Origin: Candidatus Saccharimonadota bacterium
GTDB taxonomy: Bacteria > Patescibacteriota > Saccharimonadia > Saccharimonadales > Saccharimonadaceae
Length of the DNA stretch: 32,000 bases
Assembly (NCBI GenBank): GCA_001029695.1
Contig: CP011211.1
Location: forward strand, 120,001-152,000
Direction: 5' to 3'
The notes under the pieces are model-generated. The model saw only the letters and a program-made list of their open reading frames with translations. It was not told the DNA's origin and made no database searches. This document shows, in pieces, positions 31,174 to 32,000 of this stretch. Every line of letters begins with the position of its first letter. Position 1 is the first letter of the stretch. Position numbers and translations under genes: made by a program.

Positions 31174-31866
31174 TTAATTGACGGCAACAGCGCGCAGCAT
31201 AACACGTTTGTCAAAGACTTTATCGCGTGGAACCCAGTTGCCGGCACAAGTGATAAGACTAAGACCTTCTTTTGTCGGATCTATCGGAAGCATCATGTTT
31301 TTCATACCAGACTCATTTGCTTCTTTAAGGCTCATCGTTTTGTTCTCAGCGACTTTGTAGGTAATCTTTTTTCCGTCACCGCGTTCGATCATAATCTCGT
31401 CGTCAACCTTAAGCTGACTGAGCTTTGCGAATATACCATCTTTTGTCACACCGCCGTTGTGTCCATCGATTACTACCGCTCCGTAGCCGCTACCAGGAAG
31501 GCCGCTGGCTGTATACCATGCAGTATCATTGATATTTTTTGGCGTATCTAACTGTTTATCTTTTGTGAGACCAACCCCGATAACTCGCGTCTTTTCAACG
31601 CCGATAGCAGGAATTGATATATATCGAGGCTGCGTCGGCGCTACTTTATGATCATTAATCTCTACACCGCTCACAGGCGACTCATCGATGGTAGGATCCG
31701 CCATCGCTGAGGCCGGTACGGGTATGAGTGGCGGCTGTTCGCCTTCTACGTACCATCTGTAGCCAAACCATCCACATGCGACAAGGAGCAGTACACAGAC
31801 CACTAAAGCGATCCAGCTCCCAAACTTACGATCCTTTTTTTGTTGAATAGTTAACCCCGAACTCAT
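31174..31866 (-). CDS. sortase-family transpeptidase with an N-terminal membrane anchor
   Basis: The start is placed at ATG 31864-31866; the track ORF begins at an upstream TTG. There is a TM helix (WIALVVCVLLLVACGWFGY). The His region is AVVIDGHNGG, the catalytic Cys motif is LSLITCAG and a downstream Arg lies in KRVMLRAV. Confidence 0.7.
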   Translation of the reverse strand: MSSGLTIQQKKDRKFGSWIALVVCVLLLVACGWFGYRWYVEGEQPPLIPVPASAMADPTIDESPVSGVEINDHKVAPTQPRYISIPAIGVEKTRVIGVGLTKDKQLDTPKNINDTAWYTASGLPGSGYGAVVIDGHNGGVTKDGIFAKLSQLKVDDEIMIERGDGKKITYKVAENKTMSLKEANESGMKNMMLPIDPTKEGLSLITCAGNWVPRDKVFDKRVMLRAVAVN

Positions 31867-31874
31867 ATCTTTTA

Positions 31875-31883
31875 AGTATAACA
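31875..31883 (-). promoter_or_regulatory. extended -10 box TGTTATACT, 8 nt before the sortase ATG
   Basis: The reverse complement of 31867-31883 is TGTTATACTTAAAAGAT, followed by the ATG. It lies right after the upstream terminator and there is no SD. Confidence 0.4.
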
Positions 31884-31895
31884 ACTATACTCATG

Positions 31896-31927
31896 AAAAA
31901 CAGCCTTCCGAGCAAACGAAAGGCTGT
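31896..31927 (-). terminator. terminator after the gene that ends at 31952
   Basis: ACAGCCTT (31900-31907) and AAGGCTGT (31920-31927) form the stem, with a 12-nt loop. On the minus strand it is followed by TTTTT. Confidence 0.5.
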
Positions 31928-31951
31928 GATATTTTCAACACGTCGTGCTTC

Positions 31952-32000
31952 TTATTTGTAGTCGTCGTATGTGACCATGAGGGCACGAGAGTTGATCTGA
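31952..32000 (-). CDS. 3' end of an unidentified gene (partial, runs off the window edge)
   Basis: The minus-strand frame is open from the window edge to TAA at 31952-31954 (...QINSRALMVTYDDYK*). A terminator follows 25 nt downstream. The product is not identifiable from 15 residues. Confidence 0.25.
   Translation of the reverse strand, partial: QINSRALMVTYDDYK

Overview
The window is almost fully coding. It holds about 40 protein genes and 4 tRNAs. I saw no rRNA, CRISPR array, transposase or integrase. The standard genetic code fits: TGA is used as a stop at 15072-15074 and tRNA-Trp has anticodon CCA.

Two conserved translation blocks sit at the ends, both on the minus strand. One is secE-nusG-[orf129]-rplK-[zinc-metallopeptidase lipoprotein]-rplA at 0.15-4.06 kb. 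The other is infA-rpmJ-rpsM-rpsK-rpsD-rpoA-rplQ-rplM-rpsI at 26.4-30.35 kb.

Between them lie:
- a membrane GT2 glycosyltransferase
- two paralogous membrane histidine kinases flanking a P-loop kinase and a YgjP/DUF45 metallopeptidase
- an FBP/FusB-type zinc-finger protein
- an AT-rich CPBP-like gene next to tRNA-Trp
- MscS and NDH-2-like genes
- a three-gene alpha-glucan operon (GT-B synthase-like, GH57, GH15)
- rpmG with tRNA-Thr, an SPFH protein, and tRNA-Thr/tRNA-Tyr
- a TPR-holB-rluD-trpS-orf89 string
- an alpha/beta hydrolase and a Qnr/MfpA-like pentapeptide-repeat protein
- a 139-aa orphan and a sortase near the right edge

Gene content and order suggest a small, streamlined Gram-positive-type genome, possibly Saccharibacteria/CPR-like. 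The cues are a sortase, Actinobacteria-like rpmG...tRNA-Trp-secE order, and extended ribosomal proteins. This taxonomic guess is inference only.

Main second-look items:
- a possible Trp-codon leader-peptide attenuator ahead of orf89-trpS
- a recurrent extended -10 box (TGnTATAnT) placed 5-9 nt from start codons with no Shine-Dalgarno, suggesting leaderless mRNAs
- the normally contiguous nusG-rplK-rplA cluster split by two self-contained inserted genes
- an HeH/SAP-like N-terminal extension on L1
- a receiver-less pair of histidine-kinase paralogs
- a low-GC CPBP gene beside tRNA-Trp

All product names rest on motif recognition by eye. No database search was possible.
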